Positions 11,895 through 24,665 of a DNA stretch of 64,000 nucleotides are shown here, one piece after another. The notes beneath the pieces were generated by a model. The model did not search any database and had not been told where the DNA came from. It worked only from the letters and a program-made list of their open reading frames with translations. Both the position numbers and the translations under genes were made by a program. The stretch is from NCBI GenBank assembly GCA_964270895.1, contig OZ185446.1; one strand, written 5' to 3'. Every line of letters starts with the position of its first letter. Positions within the stretch are counted from its first letter, which is position 1. This DNA is from Podarcis filfolensis (Eukaryota).

Positions 11895-11985
11895 TTTTTA
11901 GATATGCTGTAAGCCGCTCAGAGTGGCTGGGGAAACCCAGCTAGATGGGTGGGGTATAAATAATAAAATCATCATCATCATCATT
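11895..11985 (+). mobile_element. L2 3' tail fragment with (ATC)n
   Basis: 'gtaagccgctcagagtggctggggaaacccagctagatgggtggggtataaataataa' is the reverse complement of the L2 tails at 9040-9090 and 26740-26795. Confidence 0.75.
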
Positions 11986-12494
11986 TTTAGAGGCACATTA
12001 GCCAAGGAACACTTTGTATACTCAGTAAACAAAGGCATTACCATTCTCAAAGTTTGTTTTTCTTTCTTATTCCCCCAGCAAAAGGAGACAAAGGCCCCAG
12101 AAGCCATTTACAGAACCACTGCAACGTTAATCCTGCATGCTTTTAAGAAATATGAAAAGCTGCCTGTTTCGCTAAGTATGGCAGGTCAGAAAAGAGTGCC
12201 CTCAGCTTGTTTCGTAGATGTGGCTGCTTGCTGTTATGAGTGACATTATTATAAAGATGAGGCAATGTGTTTTTGTTCCTGTTCCTGACCTGCCAGTTCT
12301 CCTCATTACGCCTAGTTTCCCCCCCATTGGTGTAATGCTGCAATTGTTGATAACAGTGGAATTCAAGATTCCATATAGCTCTGAACTGAAACTCAGAAGC
12401 ATTCTTGAATACACTTGCCTTCCTGTGAGAAGAGCACACAGCGATAGATGTAAACTCGGTACTGCTATTGTTGAATAAAACATGTGTGTGTATG

Positions 12495-12498
<4 letters not shown>

Positions 12499-12542
<44 letters not shown>
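12499..12542. repeat. (TA)n microsatellite
   Basis: Read directly. Confidence 0.97.
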
Positions 12543-12546
<4 letters not shown>

Positions 12547-12830
12547 GAGCATACAGGATGAAAATAGGATAAAATGCACAACTGCATTACTTAGTTTTGG
12601 TTCTTTTCCACCTGGGATGGATGGATGAAAACAATCACCTCCTAAGAGGAAGGAATGCATTTCTTTCTCTGTGTTCAGAGAGCACAGTTAAGCTATAAAA
12701 CCTGCTCTCCTAGGGGAAAGTGATAGCCAGCAACTTGTAGACAAATCTACGGAGGACAAACCTGTCAATGGCTACTAGTCATGATGGCTATGTTCTGCCT
12801 CCACTGTCAGAGGCATCATGTCTCTGAATA

Positions 12831-12972
12831 AAGGAAAAGGACCCCTGGACAGTTAAGTCCAGTCAGAGGCAACATGGGGTGTGCCGACCTAGCAGTTTGA
12901 ATGCATACCAGTGCAAGTAGATAAATAGGTACTGCTGCAGTGGGAAGGTAAATGGCGTTTCTGTGTGCTCTG
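12831..12972 (-). mobile_element. 5'-truncated, 5'-inverted Sauria SINE with 11-bp TSD
   Basis: 12831-12883 is the SINE 3' end in minus orientation and 12884-12972 is the SINE middle in plus orientation. TSD gtctctgaata at 12820-12830 and 12973-12983. Confidence 0.85.
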
Positions 12973-13313
12973 GTCTCTGAATACCAGTTGCTGGTAACCT
13001 CAGGTGGACAGAGTGTTCTTGCACTCAGGTCCTGCTTGCAGGTTTCCCACAGGCATCTGGTTAGCCACTGTGAGAACAGGATGCTAAACTAGGTGGGCCA
13101 TTGGCCTGATCCAGCAGACTCTTACATTTTCCAAAGGATGTCCCCTGAGTGTCTCTCATTAGGAGTTGGCAATAGTGCCTGTGAATGAAGAACTCACCTT
13201 TTGGCGGCCGATAGTACAATCAAGTCTATAATCTCAGGTGAAATGCCTTTCAGGTGTGGAAGGCTGAGACCCAATGGCTGTGCCTCCATCATTGAGATTC
13301 ATGTAGGGATGTA

Positions 13314-13696
13314 GGGACATGGGTGGTGCTGTGGTCTAAACCACTGAGCCTCTTGGGCTTGCCGATCAGAAGATCGGCAGTTCGAATCCCCGCGATGGGG
13401 TGAGCTCCCGTTGCTCTGTCCCAGCTCCTGCCAACCTAGCAGTTTGAAAGCATGCCAGTGCAAGTAGATAAATAGGTACTGCTGTGGTGGGAAGGTAAAC
13501 AGAGTTTCCGTGCGCTCTGGTTTCCATCATGGTGTTCCATTGTGCCAGAAGCACTTTAGTCATGCTGGCCACATGACCTGGAAAGCTGACTGTGGACAAA
13601 CGCCGGCTCCGTTGGCCTGAAAGCGAGATGTGTGCCACAACCCCATAGTCAACTTTGGCTGGACTTGACCGTCCAGGGGTCCTTTACCTTTACCTT
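13314..13696 (+). mobile_element. Sauria SINE, full length
   Basis: tRNA-like head (B box 'agttcgaatcc'), 'gcaagtagataaataggtac' core, Bov-B-related 3' end and (ACCTTT)n tail. TSD atgtagggatg/atgtatggatg. Confidence 0.93.
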
Positions 13697-14859
13697 TTTA
13701 ATGTATGGATGCCCCCACTATCAGGGTGAAGGAAGCTGTGAGCCAAGGGTTCTTGACTTTTGTATTAGTTTTGCTCCTCATTCATGAAGTTGCAGACCAA
13801 TGAAGCAACAAATAAACCAATCTCAATGTTAACCATCAGACTCTTTTTTGTTTGTTTACTGTGCTCACTGCCTTTAATACATGGATGAAATACCTTCCAA
13901 GCCTCTCTGCCTGGCTCGTCACACACTCTCCAGACCAAATCCTTCATCAGTTCTGATTCGCAACTTCCTTGAGTGTTTTTGCCTGCCTAGAATTTGCCTT
14001 GAACTCGGATCATGCCTTTTGCTAACTTGAAGGTTGGATGGAGAAGTGTGTGCCGGTTTGTGTACAAACCAGCCTATTGTAGAAAGGTAACATTACTGAT
14101 GCCATTGACTTTTGCCTCTGGCCCTGTCCTCTACGGGCATGTGGTCCGTCAGGCTGAAAAAAGTTCCTCACCCCTGCAGTGGGAAGATTCCATACGGGTA
14201 GTGTTAGGACATATACAGTATCTCTGTTCTTGTTTTGTCTTGTTGGGAGCTCCATGGAGGTCAGGTGGTAAAAGGCTCTGAAAGCTGCTTCTCTTTGCTT
14301 ACAGAACAACTGCCACAAAAATAAGTGTTCAGGCTGCTAGAAGCAAAGAAATCTGTGCTGTTACATGAAAACCTCTAAGCATCTCTTGAGTGCTTTGCCT
14401 GCGTTGCTGCCATAGTAATGGCTGCGGTGAATGGAAAATATATCTCCATTAATCTCTCCAAACTGACAACACTCTGATTTCTTTTTGTACAAGTGTTTTT
14501 CAGCAATTCTGATGGTGGCAATTAGCACCTATTAAAAGGATGCCAAGGCTAACCTCTGCATCTTGATGTGAATGTCTGAATGGGGGAGATGAGGACTAGA
14601 ACTAAGTTAAATTCAAGTGCAATGTGCACCCCTGTTATTTTTCAATCAAATTCAATTAAATTTAGGGTGGGTGATGATGTGATGATGGATGGATGGGGTT
14701 ACTGAAGATGAAATGTTTCTGGGTAGGTAAATGAATTGAACTGATTTTGGGTAATCTGTACTGGAGTGAAAATAAATTGAAATGTTTATGAGGGGGGCGG
14801 CTGGGGAAGAAAATTGGTTTACCTTCTGTGAAATGCAAATCCTGGTCATCATTTCTAAA

Positions 14860-15357
14860 TGTCAGGAGCTGGACTGAGGAGGAATGGTGGGGGCTGCCCC
14901 CCCTTCTTCTGAACCTTCTCGAGAACATAAGGACAGTACAGATTTAGAACAGTGGTTTGCAGAAGGTCATAGTTCAGAGGCTGAAGAGGGGAGAAGCTGA
15001 GAAATATTAGGAGAGGAGCAGCAGGAAGAAGAAACACCAAGAGAGAGACAACTAACAGACTCAGTGCTCAGTGTCTTTGGAGAGCATTCCCCTCCCCCAA
15101 GACCAGGCAAGCATTAAAGGTAGGAGAATAGAAGCCTCAGAGGCAGAAAGCTCAGATCAGCCATCATAAGGGTGATGTAGAATAGAAGGGATGGAGGGGG
15201 TTGGACTTCATTCGGATCAACACCATTATTTTAGGGAGGCTGCATTCCTTCTTCTCTCTTTGTGATCTATGGAATAAATTACTTGGTAAGAACTCCTCTT
15301 GTTTGTCTGCTTACTGGCTGCCACCAGGGGAGGGATCAGATTCCCTGAAGCCTGACA
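14860..15357 (+). mobile_element. Solo LTR (TGTCA...TGACA), 5-bp TSD CTAAA
   Basis: TSD at 14855-14859 and 15358-15362. Internal AATAAA near 15272. Homologous (reverse complement) to 62232-62710. Confidence 0.88.
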
Positions 15358-17094
15358 CTAAATTTGCATGTGTGCATATAAGCTAGAACATAAAAATCTG
15401 TGTCTCTGGATCTAGACCTTGGATCTTTCAAGTACGTAGCAATGCCTCTGCTCAGAGGAGCCAAGTTCCTCACACTCTGAAACACCCGCCTTATGGGGAA
15501 GTGAGGAAACATCATAACCCTGGAGTTCAGCAGTGACCAGAACACAGAAGCTACAGAGCCATTGGCTGAGGAGCCGGACTAGATTCCTGACTTTGAGCCT
15601 TGATCATGGGCCCCTGAGACTGGTAGGCATGAGGCTACCGAACCAGATCCCCCAGTACCAGGCCAATAAAAGCAGAGGTGGGATCCACACAGGTTCCTTC
15701 GCCAGGGCTTGAGGCAGTCAGCACACCAGGTGGGAAGCCCTGGAGGAGAAATAAACACAGAACAAAGGCAGGCCAGCTCCCGCTGTGGGGAAAAGTAGGT
15801 GTCTATTTGTGTTTCTTCAGGCAATGCCATCAGCAATGGGTGAGTCTGCTGTGTACACATAGGCTGCCCTCCAAATTGCACAGAGAGGCCGCAGATGTAA
15901 GAAATGCGTTTAAACATACAAACAGAGCAAATGATGCCGGTTAATCATTTCATCACTCTCTGTTTTAGAATATGAAGAAATGGAAGTAAGTTCCTAAGGT
16001 GCATTGGCTGTGCCGAGTGAGAATCGCAAGAAGCTGTAGGGCTGGAAATGGCCTTCACCTAGCTTGAATCAGAGTAAATCCAGAGGAGGTATGTTGAAGC
16101 CAGTGATGTCCCACTAATGTAACAAGTAGAAAGAAAGTGAACAAGACAAGGACTAGACCTAGGGATTCAAGAGATGCAGTGATATTTCACTCTGGCACTG
16201 ATAAAAAATTCATAATCCACCCACGAACCTAAGTGGGAAAGTGGGTTATTTGAGGTCAAGAAACTTCTGCGAGATAAATCTCTGAGAAAGTTTTTGGGAG
16301 CCTTGATTTCATTCTCTGAGATGTTTGGATTCTTTTCTTTTCCTCCTTAAGAGGTGGCCACAAATGTAAACAGACTAACAGAAGAGGCAAGTTGGGGGTC
16401 ATGTGATCTCAGCGTTTCCTCACTTCACTGGATGAACTTTGCTTTCCTGATCAGGCCATCACTGATTACCAGATGTGAAACCGGAAAGGAATTTCCTCCA
16501 AATCAAATAGTGGCATTTGTTCACCGTCCTTTTTCTTTGCTTTTGCTGGTTATAAAGCTTCTGCCTTCCAAGGCATTGCTTCCAAAAATACGAAGAAGGA
16601 GAAGTAGTTAATTAGACAGAGGCGCTCTGATCCAACAGCTGCAAATTAAGCATGGAAGTGAAATTTCCATGCAGAGATCAACTATTGGGGTATAGTTGAT
16701 GTTTCTTCTGCAACTTGTCTGCCTGATGCTCCTGTGTGTGTTTGTTAATTCTCACCCCCATCTCAAACAGAAGATGGGTGCTGTGAAATCCTTCTGAACA
16801 GAACCAGTTTACAATTCTGCGGGACATGTCTAATGAACTATTGACCTGTTATTATCAAATCTCCTTATTCATAACCTTTTTTTTTTTTTACTTGCATTAA
16901 CACAAACTTACGTATCGGATGAAGCTGCTTTATTCCAGATCAGACTACTTGCCTTTCGTTCTCTTATTCCTGGAAACTTTCAGATTTATATTGATTCTCC
17001 TTTGGATTTCTCTATTAGGCCAGTGCCTTCTATTCCTACTCAATTCTTCGGCTTTTATGTCTGTGCCTAACATTGCTTGCTGTATCATCATTTC

Positions 17095-17385
17095 TCAGCA
17101 ACACAGAGTTGGAAGGAGCTCAGAGTTAATCTATTCCACCCCACTTCCACTGCAGAAAACCTGCAACTACAACATCTATGATAGTTGAGGATCCAGCTTC
17201 TGCTTAAAGACCTCTAATGATGGAGAGCCTTCTGTGACAGCTTGTCCCACTCTCAAACAGCTTGTACTACCAAGAAGTTCTTACTAATGTTTAGTTTATA
17301 TCCCCTTTCTTATAATTTCAGTCCAATGGTTTGGGCGCTCTCTCTGGAGCAACACAAGGCACATTTGCTCCATCAACTGTGTGTG
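17095..17385 (-). mobile_element. CR1 LINE 3' fragment, degenerate
   Basis: The reverse complement matches the CR1 3' end at 29945-30222. Confidence 0.7.
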
Positions 17386-17961
17386 CTCCAGATGACTTGT
17401 TTTTTGAGCATTTATCCTAATTCGCTTGTGCGAAGCTTATGTGGAGATTAGACAATGTCTGTCTTCACTGAGCATTCATTCTGTTTGTGGGGAGGTTATT
17501 CAGCAATGGACAATGATCTTGACTTATTTGTGGGGTGTTTATACGTCTTCTCATTAATCCCATGCTTATCAGTGCATTTCACTGTCACTTTCCTAACAGC
17601 AAACAGTCCATTAAAATAAGTGGGTTTGCTGCACTAGGGCAACAGAGCACTTTAATCCACTTGAATTTTCCAATATGTGCTTGAATCCCTCCCAAATGTC
17701 ACAGCCCATCGGATAATTGAATATGGATATCATATTGACTCTTAATCACCCTCTTCAAACTATTAGAATTTGGTCTCCAGATCTTTTACCATCATTTCAA
17801 TGGCCTGGTTTTGATGTGGTCTCATATAACGCTATCTAGTTTGTTCTTAACATTTTCCCTTCCTTTAATTCCCCTCCTCTCCCTTAAAGCCATATAACTA
17901 TGTTTATTTACTTTACACCAGTGCATAGGAATCATTGCTTGGAATAGCATCCTCCCTATGT

Positions 17962-18012
17962 TTCCTTCCTTCCTTCCTTCCTTCCTTCCTTCCTTCCTTC
18001 CTTCCTTCCTTC
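17962..18012. repeat. (TTCC)n microsatellite, homopurine-homopyrimidine
   Basis: Read directly. Confidence 0.97.
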
Positions 18013-19429
18013 CAATGTAACCAAAGAACAAAGCCTTCTCTGTGTTGCTAGGTCACATATTCAACAAACCTCAACATATTTCACAAGCTCCGAACTATAA
18101 ATAAGTGCCTGGTTCGGGGCTTCTTATGTGTCTGAAAGCAAGAAGCAGATGTTTAAAAGCACTCAGCTTCTGCCATCTCTGCTAGAGCTAGACTTTCAGA
18201 ACATACAGGGATGTCAGGGAACAGAACCCTTTAGAAACTCATCTGATAACAAGGATTCTTTGTTGTTCAAAATTGGTCACTACAGCCCATGGACAAGAAA
18301 CAGATGATATAGTTTACCAAGTTATTATTTTCTATTAGGTCTAGCAGTACTCTGGCCAAATGTTAGTTGCTGTTTCCCTGACAAAAAAACCCCACACATT
18401 TTCTCTTTCCCTCCCTACCTTACCATTTAGCCACTGGCTAAAATGGGGCTTGAAGTTTGGGGAGGAGATGCCCAGTCATTTCACTAAAAGCTTCCAGATT
18501 GCCTTGTGAGTACCTTGTGTGCTTGGTCTCATAAACAGAGGAGAGAAAATTCCCTGGAGGATTAATAAAATGATTCACTTTACAACTTTTTTACTGTTTT
18601 ATTTCACTTGCTTTTCTGGAACAACAGTGGAGTCGTGAAGTTTATGCCATCATACTTTATCCTAGATGTAGGAAAGAGTGTTGTAGGGGGCAGAATGTTC
18701 TTAAGGGTAACACTGTAGGTTTTGCCATACTAAAAGCTGTGTTGTTATGGACTCCAATAGGTTATTGTCTCTGCCATTGCCCATTAATGAATGGTATTTA
18801 AAGACTGAGCAATAGAAGCTGTAAAATAGTGAATTACTTTTAATGGAGGAGACTGTCCAAATGCATTCTAGGAGAAGACGCCTTGTGCAGGATATTAATG
18901 ACCAAAGAAATGAAAATATCAAATGACACTGATTCCCCCCCCCCCCCCATTAAAAACATTGCTCTTGAGTCACTTGGTTATGTTAATTTCCACTTAGGGA
19001 TAGTTTTCACATTTTAAAAGGCTGCAGTTCCATGGAGATACATGTAGGCTATAGCCTATTTACAAGCTGACAAAAGGCTGTGGATCTCTTTAAAATGCTG
19101 TGCATCACAAATTTCTGTACATATAGGCAGGTTTCTTCCCCCTAACTACAGATTTTTGTAGCAGCTTTTCTGAAATCAGAGTGGTTATCATCTCCATCTA
19201 AGATTTTGAAGACCCATGTTGCAATCTCCATTAGGTTAACGGGTTGACCTTGGACCACTCACCATCTCGCAAGCCCACTTGAGATGTTCAAGAATCACAC
19301 AATGAGAAGGGGAGGGGAAGCAATCTCGTTGGTCCACTCCCTTTCCCATATCCCCTTTCCTGGCTTCATCAACTTCTCTGTGTTGATGGGAAATTAAAGA
19401 TGGCGGCCAGCAGTGGTAAGGTTCTAGGA

Positions 19430-19565
19430 TAGGCATAGGCAAACTCGGCCCTCCAGATGTTTTGGGACTACAACTCCCATCATTCCTGACCACTGTTCCT
19501 GTTAGCTAGGGATGATGGGAGTTGTAGTCCCAAAACATCTGGAGGGCCGAGTTTGCCTATGCCTG
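19430..19565. mobile_element. hAT-type MITE, near-perfect palindrome, 8-bp TSD TTCTAGGA
   Basis: Arms 'aggcataggcaaactcggccctccagatgttttgggactacaactcccatcat' and its reverse complement. TSD at 19422-19429 and 19566-19573. Confidence 0.95.
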
Positions 19566-20905
19566 TTCTAGGAGGAGCACTGGTGTGTTTTATATCCCTC
19601 CCCTCAAAATGTGTTCCTCCCCCTGGAAGTAAGTAAAATCCCACCTGTGTCTTGCCCCATGCAAATGAGTCAGTGAAATAAGGTATGTTAACTCTACATG
19701 GAAGGAAGGAATTTTCGTTATGTTCAGTGGGGCTTATTCCCTTGTTAGAGTGTTCAGGACTACATCCTGTGTATATATAGAATTACATTGTACAAGAATA
19801 ATTTATTTCTTGCTAGAAAACAAGATATTAAACTGTCCCCCCCAGCAGACTGATTAAAGTTATTGCTTTATTATTAGCTGGCAGAACACTGGGAGCTCTT
19901 ATGTTATTCCCTGCAACAAGAAAAGACTGAGAATAAAACAATCCCCAAGGCAGAAGACATTGAGGAAGTGTTATCTGACAAAGGAAACTGTACATAAAAA
20001 GTAAGCAGACAGCACATTCCATTTCTATAATTCATTTGTTTTGTAGTACCAAAAAATAGGTATTATTTTCTTATTAAGGCCAATCTTATTCAGAAATAGA
20101 CAGCAATGAAGCACCAGCTATTCTTGAGAAACTACATTCACATAGCAGTTTATTCTGCTCTCATATGTTCCCCTGACTGTTAATTTCTGCATTATTTTTT
20201 AGCTTTTAACACAATGTAAAAGCCACTTCCAGAAATAGAGTGAGTATACATACATACATAATTTTATTTGTATGCTGCCTTTCCGCAGTTCAAACCATGT
20301 TCCAGGCGGCTTACAATATGAATATATATATATATAACTACAACATAACAATAGTAGTCAGTTTAGCACTCATTTCCATCCTAATTGCTCCCAGAAAAAA
20401 ATGTTTTTGCAACCTTATTAACCCAGAAAAGTACAGGAGTAAAGTGATTAAATTTGTGGTGCTCTGCTGACATAAAGTTATATCCTGTCATTTTCATGAG
20501 TGAATCATGGGGGAGCAGAAGCAAGGATGCACAGAAAGGGTGGGGGAGTAGCAACATGGACCACTGGTATCAAATACAACCCTCAGGTCCTCCCCATTGG
20601 GTGCTTGAGACTCTTCCTAAGTCATGCACACTCCTCTGGCCACCCCCACTCACTAGTCCTGTTCTGCACCACCTCCCCCATGCATGGTTTGGCTTGGCTA
20701 GAATATGTACCTGAGTTGTGATAATGCCTCAAGCTTGTTGGGAATCTCAGGCGAGACACCCTTGCAGTGAAAATTGCTCCTAGTACCAGTCACCACACAG
20801 AAGTAGAGAAGGTTTCAGCTAGTTTACTGTTGCAGAAGATAAGGCTCAGTAAAACCATTCTGGATGTAGATAGATACAACTTGTAGGCTTTTGCAGATAC
20901 AGATA

Positions 20906-21146
20906 AAGTGGTACTTCAGTTTAAGAACAGCCCTGTTTACGAACTATTCGGTTTATGAACTCTGTAAAACCGGAAGTAGTGTCCTGGTTTGCAAACTTCA
21001 CCTCAGTCTAAGAATGGAAGCCGAATGGTGGAAGGGCACCAGCGTCAGGAGGCCTCATTAGGGAAAGCGCACCTCAGTTTAAGAATGGTTCTGGTTTAAG
21101 AACGGACTTTCGGAAGAGATTAAGTTCGTAAACTGAGGTACCACTG
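20906..21146. mobile_element. Tc1/mariner (Tigger-like) MITE, relative of family A
   Basis: TIRs 'aagtggtacttcagttt' / 'aaactgaggtaccactg' with TA flanks. Confidence 0.85.
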
Positions 21147-21433
21147 TATATACAGATACATACAAGTACAAAGTATGCCTATTGCTCATAATAGGTTCAG
21201 TAAGTCTTTCATAACACTGGACAAGTAATACTGACTGATTAACAGGCAGACAGACTAATAGACAGACTACTGGCATGCATTAATCACAGATATAGTCAGG
21301 GAACTGGGCTATTACAATAGCAACTGGCTTTGATCACTTTGCTCCTGTGAATAGCTCATCCATGGGGTGATTTACACTCCTGAAGGAAATTAACCGCATC
21401 TCATGTCTAGTTACTCCAACAATGCTTGCTTGG

Positions 21434-21435
<2 letters not shown>

Positions 21436-21464
<29 letters not shown>
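21436..21464. repeat. (GT)n microsatellite
   Basis: Read directly. Confidence 0.95.
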
Positions 21465-21468
<4 letters not shown>

Positions 21469-22040
21469 GTGGGGGTGTACAGCAACCTCTGACATTTGTG
21501 GAATGTAGAATGATGTACAATAATAATCATCACATTCAGTGTTCCATCCAGTTTTGCCTCTGCCCCCTCACGCCCCCCACACTAACATGAGGCCTTTGGA
21601 AGATTGCCTGTGAGGAAATGTGGCCCTCAGATTATTAGATTATAGGAAAGGTCCACTATTCAGAGTACAGGGGAATTGAAGCTGGGCTAAGGAAGGACAA
21701 TATCCCAGGTGACACCTGACCTTATCTGAGAGTTCTGAAGAATGACCTTCAATAATAAATCACAGATGTGGCATATAGTGAGAACCAAGCCTGCTTCTCT
21801 TATCTAATCTACCACTAACTGAAAATCTGCCACAGCAAAGTGTACCACTTCTAACCTTCTTGCTGTACAAGCTGTGCCAATGAGTCATTATTATTATTTT
21901 TACTATTACTGGGAACATGACCACCATTATCCCACTCTATGGCACAAGTAAATGTTCTGAACAGCGGTAACTTTTTAAACAAAGCAAGAACTGTAGATGG
22001 GAAAAAGGCATTCTCATATATGTACTTTACAGAAGGAGAC

Positions 22041-22699
22041 TAGGCCTGGGCGAAACTGTATATCAATATATTTCCCAGGACTGGTTTGAGGAGCAGACTG
22101 TGATGTTATCTCCACTCAGCAATATATCGCTGGTGAAGCCGCCACTGCTCCTGAGTCCCTCAGCTAGTGACTTCCTCCAGCGAGCGTTGCTAGCAGAGGG
22201 ACTCAGGAGCGAGAGTGGTTTCACCAGCGATACATCGCTGAGTGAAACCTCCATCCCACTCTGCCCTCAAACTGCACAGAGGCAGAAAAAAGCTACATCA
22301 GCGAGGTACGGATACAGCTTGTTCCTCCCTCTGCATCTTTAAACTGCTTGGCTGAGGAGTGGGCGGTTGCTGCTGCCCTCAGCCAAGCAGTTAAAGGATC
22401 CCCCCAGCCCGGCGCTGGCTCCCGCCCAAGCAGGGAGAGCACTGGGGATGGCTCTGTCTGGGATGGGGAGCTCTCCCGTGACCCAGCTGAGCTGTACAAA
22501 CAAGCTGTGTTTTCCCAGCCTGCTAGGTGCTGGGGTGAAACTTCCTCAGCTCCCATGGTGCGAGCTGGTGCAATTTCACCCAGCAATGCAGGCTGATGCC
22601 AATGCAGCTTGTTTTTTCAACATCACGGTATATTGCCAGATCGCCATGTTTGGCTGGTGATATACCGCGATGTTGAAAAGCTGATATCGCCCAGTCCTA
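22041..22699. mobile_element. Non-autonomous hAT element, 8-bp TSD AAGGAGAC, with internal 55-bp hairpin
   Basis: TIRs TAGGCCTGGGCGA / TCGCCCAGTCCTA. TSD at 22033-22040 and 22700-22707. Confidence 0.9.
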
Positions 22700-24640
22700 A
22701 AGGAGACCCAAATTGATAGCCCACTTAGGATCACTTCTCCTTCATTATTTTGAGCAGGAGAGAGATTCTGTGAGTCACACTTGTGACTCCAACAGTTAAG
22801 GCCCCAGGTAACAGTAGCAGGGGAGACTGGTGTGTATGTGTGTGCGCACGTGCGCAATCCCACTTTCCTTCCCTTTTTACAGAGAGACCTATGAGTTCTG
22901 GGTTCAAACAGTAGTGGGTGGATGGGAGTGGAATACTAGGGCCACAAAATAGTGTCTGGTGCTGACAAGTCCTATGTCCCCTGTCAGGAGGCAAAGCAAA
23001 TAATTGGTGGATAACTTAACAGAACTGTCAAACCAGGAGTTAATATTTAATAAACAGGGAGGGGGAAAGAGAGGAGGAAGGAAACAGAACACTTTAAGCA
23101 GGTATACAATTGAAAGTCGGCCTCTAAACCGCTCAACAATACAGGACTGATTCCAAGAACTGAGTTTGACACAAGTGAATATTCAAAGTCCCTCAGACTC
23201 AAGATTCAGCTGTAGGCTTATGGCCACCAACTTTGATGGCTTTAAAAGAGAATTGGATGCATGCATTTCTATAACCCAGTAATATGTTCTGAAATGCATG
23301 TGCTAGGGGGAAGTGCATATAAAAATACATATATTATGGAAAATAACATACAAAAATACATTACATTAGGGGAGTCACTTGTGCAAAGCTTACACAGAAG
23401 TCAAATGATGTGCTGTCTTTGCTGAGCATTCATTCAGGTTTCCAGGAAGGTTATACCACGATGAGCACTGATCCAGATTTAATCTTGACTTGTTTCATTG
23501 GTTATTCCATCCTGAGATTTAACAACGGTGGTTATTTGTCTTTCCATTAATCATTTGTTCACCCCAAACTTTTCACTAGGTTTCCCTACCACGTTCCTAA
23601 CAGCAAAAAGTCCATTTTTTATTTTTTAAGGGAAGTGGTTTTGTTGTGCTAGGCCAGCAGAGCTCTTTAATCCATTGTAACTGCACAAACCTAAATTTCC
23701 AGTATGTGCTTGAATTCCCTCCTGCAAAATATTGACTGTCTGGAGGCAACCGGAGAGACAGAGAAGAGTACAAGGGAAGGAGGCAAAAGGTGGGGTGTGC
23801 GTCTTTATCCTGCTTCCCCCCTCGCCACACACACATTCTTCTTGGTTCCCACTTCTAATTATTAAATTTTTTAATGACACCTTTAATGAGGATTCTGTCA
23901 ACTCCCGCTGGAAGCTGTGCTGCCACCTAACATTTTGCTTGTTCTTCACCGATACAGTCTTTAGTCAACGGCACATTTTCCCTTGTTTAAGTTTCAGTTC
24001 ATTACACCTAGGAGCTTTTCACATGAAAATGGCTGGCAATTTTCCACGAGAAAATTACAAGCCACCACATAGGGGAAATGCCCCTTTTATTTTCTGTAAA
24101 GAATCCCATGTTGTTAGGCAGTTCCAAATGAGGCTTCCGGAGGAAGAAACTTCCGCATTTTGCTACGATAGACCACGCACTGCATCTCGCGACAAATTTA
24201 ATGCCCGGTGGAACAAATAAAGCAGAAGAAAATTGCACGATTCACAGCCTTACTCCTGTGCTTAAGAACTCCTTTGGATGCTATGATATGTGAACTGCTT
24301 TCATATTGCAAAACTGCCAGAAGCTGCAGTAATTGCAGATGAATGCAAATTACCTCTCCTTCCCTTTCTCTGATTGTGTCCCTTAATGCAATGAACAGTG
24401 CCGGTGGGAATATCTGCACAGCAGCTTCTTTGTCGGGGCTGTTTTGCTCCTGAATCTCCTGCCAATGAATCAGCACAGAGATGAAACCAAAATACCGTGG
24501 CTTAGATCCAATGGAAGCTCATGTGTTAAAATCCCATCAAAATTAATGAACTTCATAACAAACTTGTCTTGCTGATTTCAGCAGGACTTTAAAATGACTG
24601 AGTTTCTCGGGATCTGGGCCACAGTTTCTCATAATCTCAC

Positions 24641-24665
24641 CTTGTGGATTTGTATACTCAGTGGA
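24641..24665 (-). other. Candidate 25-nt micro-exon of an unidentified minus-strand transcript
   Basis: Acceptor 'cattttaccctctcccttttcctcttcag' and donor CAAG|GTGAGA. Open frames STEYTNPQ or PLSIQIHK. Confidence 0.3.

Noticed and set aside
11161-11901. 246-aa ORF, the longest in the track
   Set aside because: It spans an LTR end, an old repeat and low-complexity sequence. It has no recognisable domain or splice signals.
12079-12184. Plus-strand exon candidate after a strong acceptor (also the acceptors near 46270 and 49107)
   Set aside because: Donors are weak or frames hit stop codons, the peptides are unrecognised, and no consistent plus-strand chain emerges.
15400-15800. Possible additional LTR next to the 14860 solo LTR
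   Set aside because: The composition is LTR-like, with TATA-like and AATAAA motifs, but I found no TG...CA termini, TSD or second copy.
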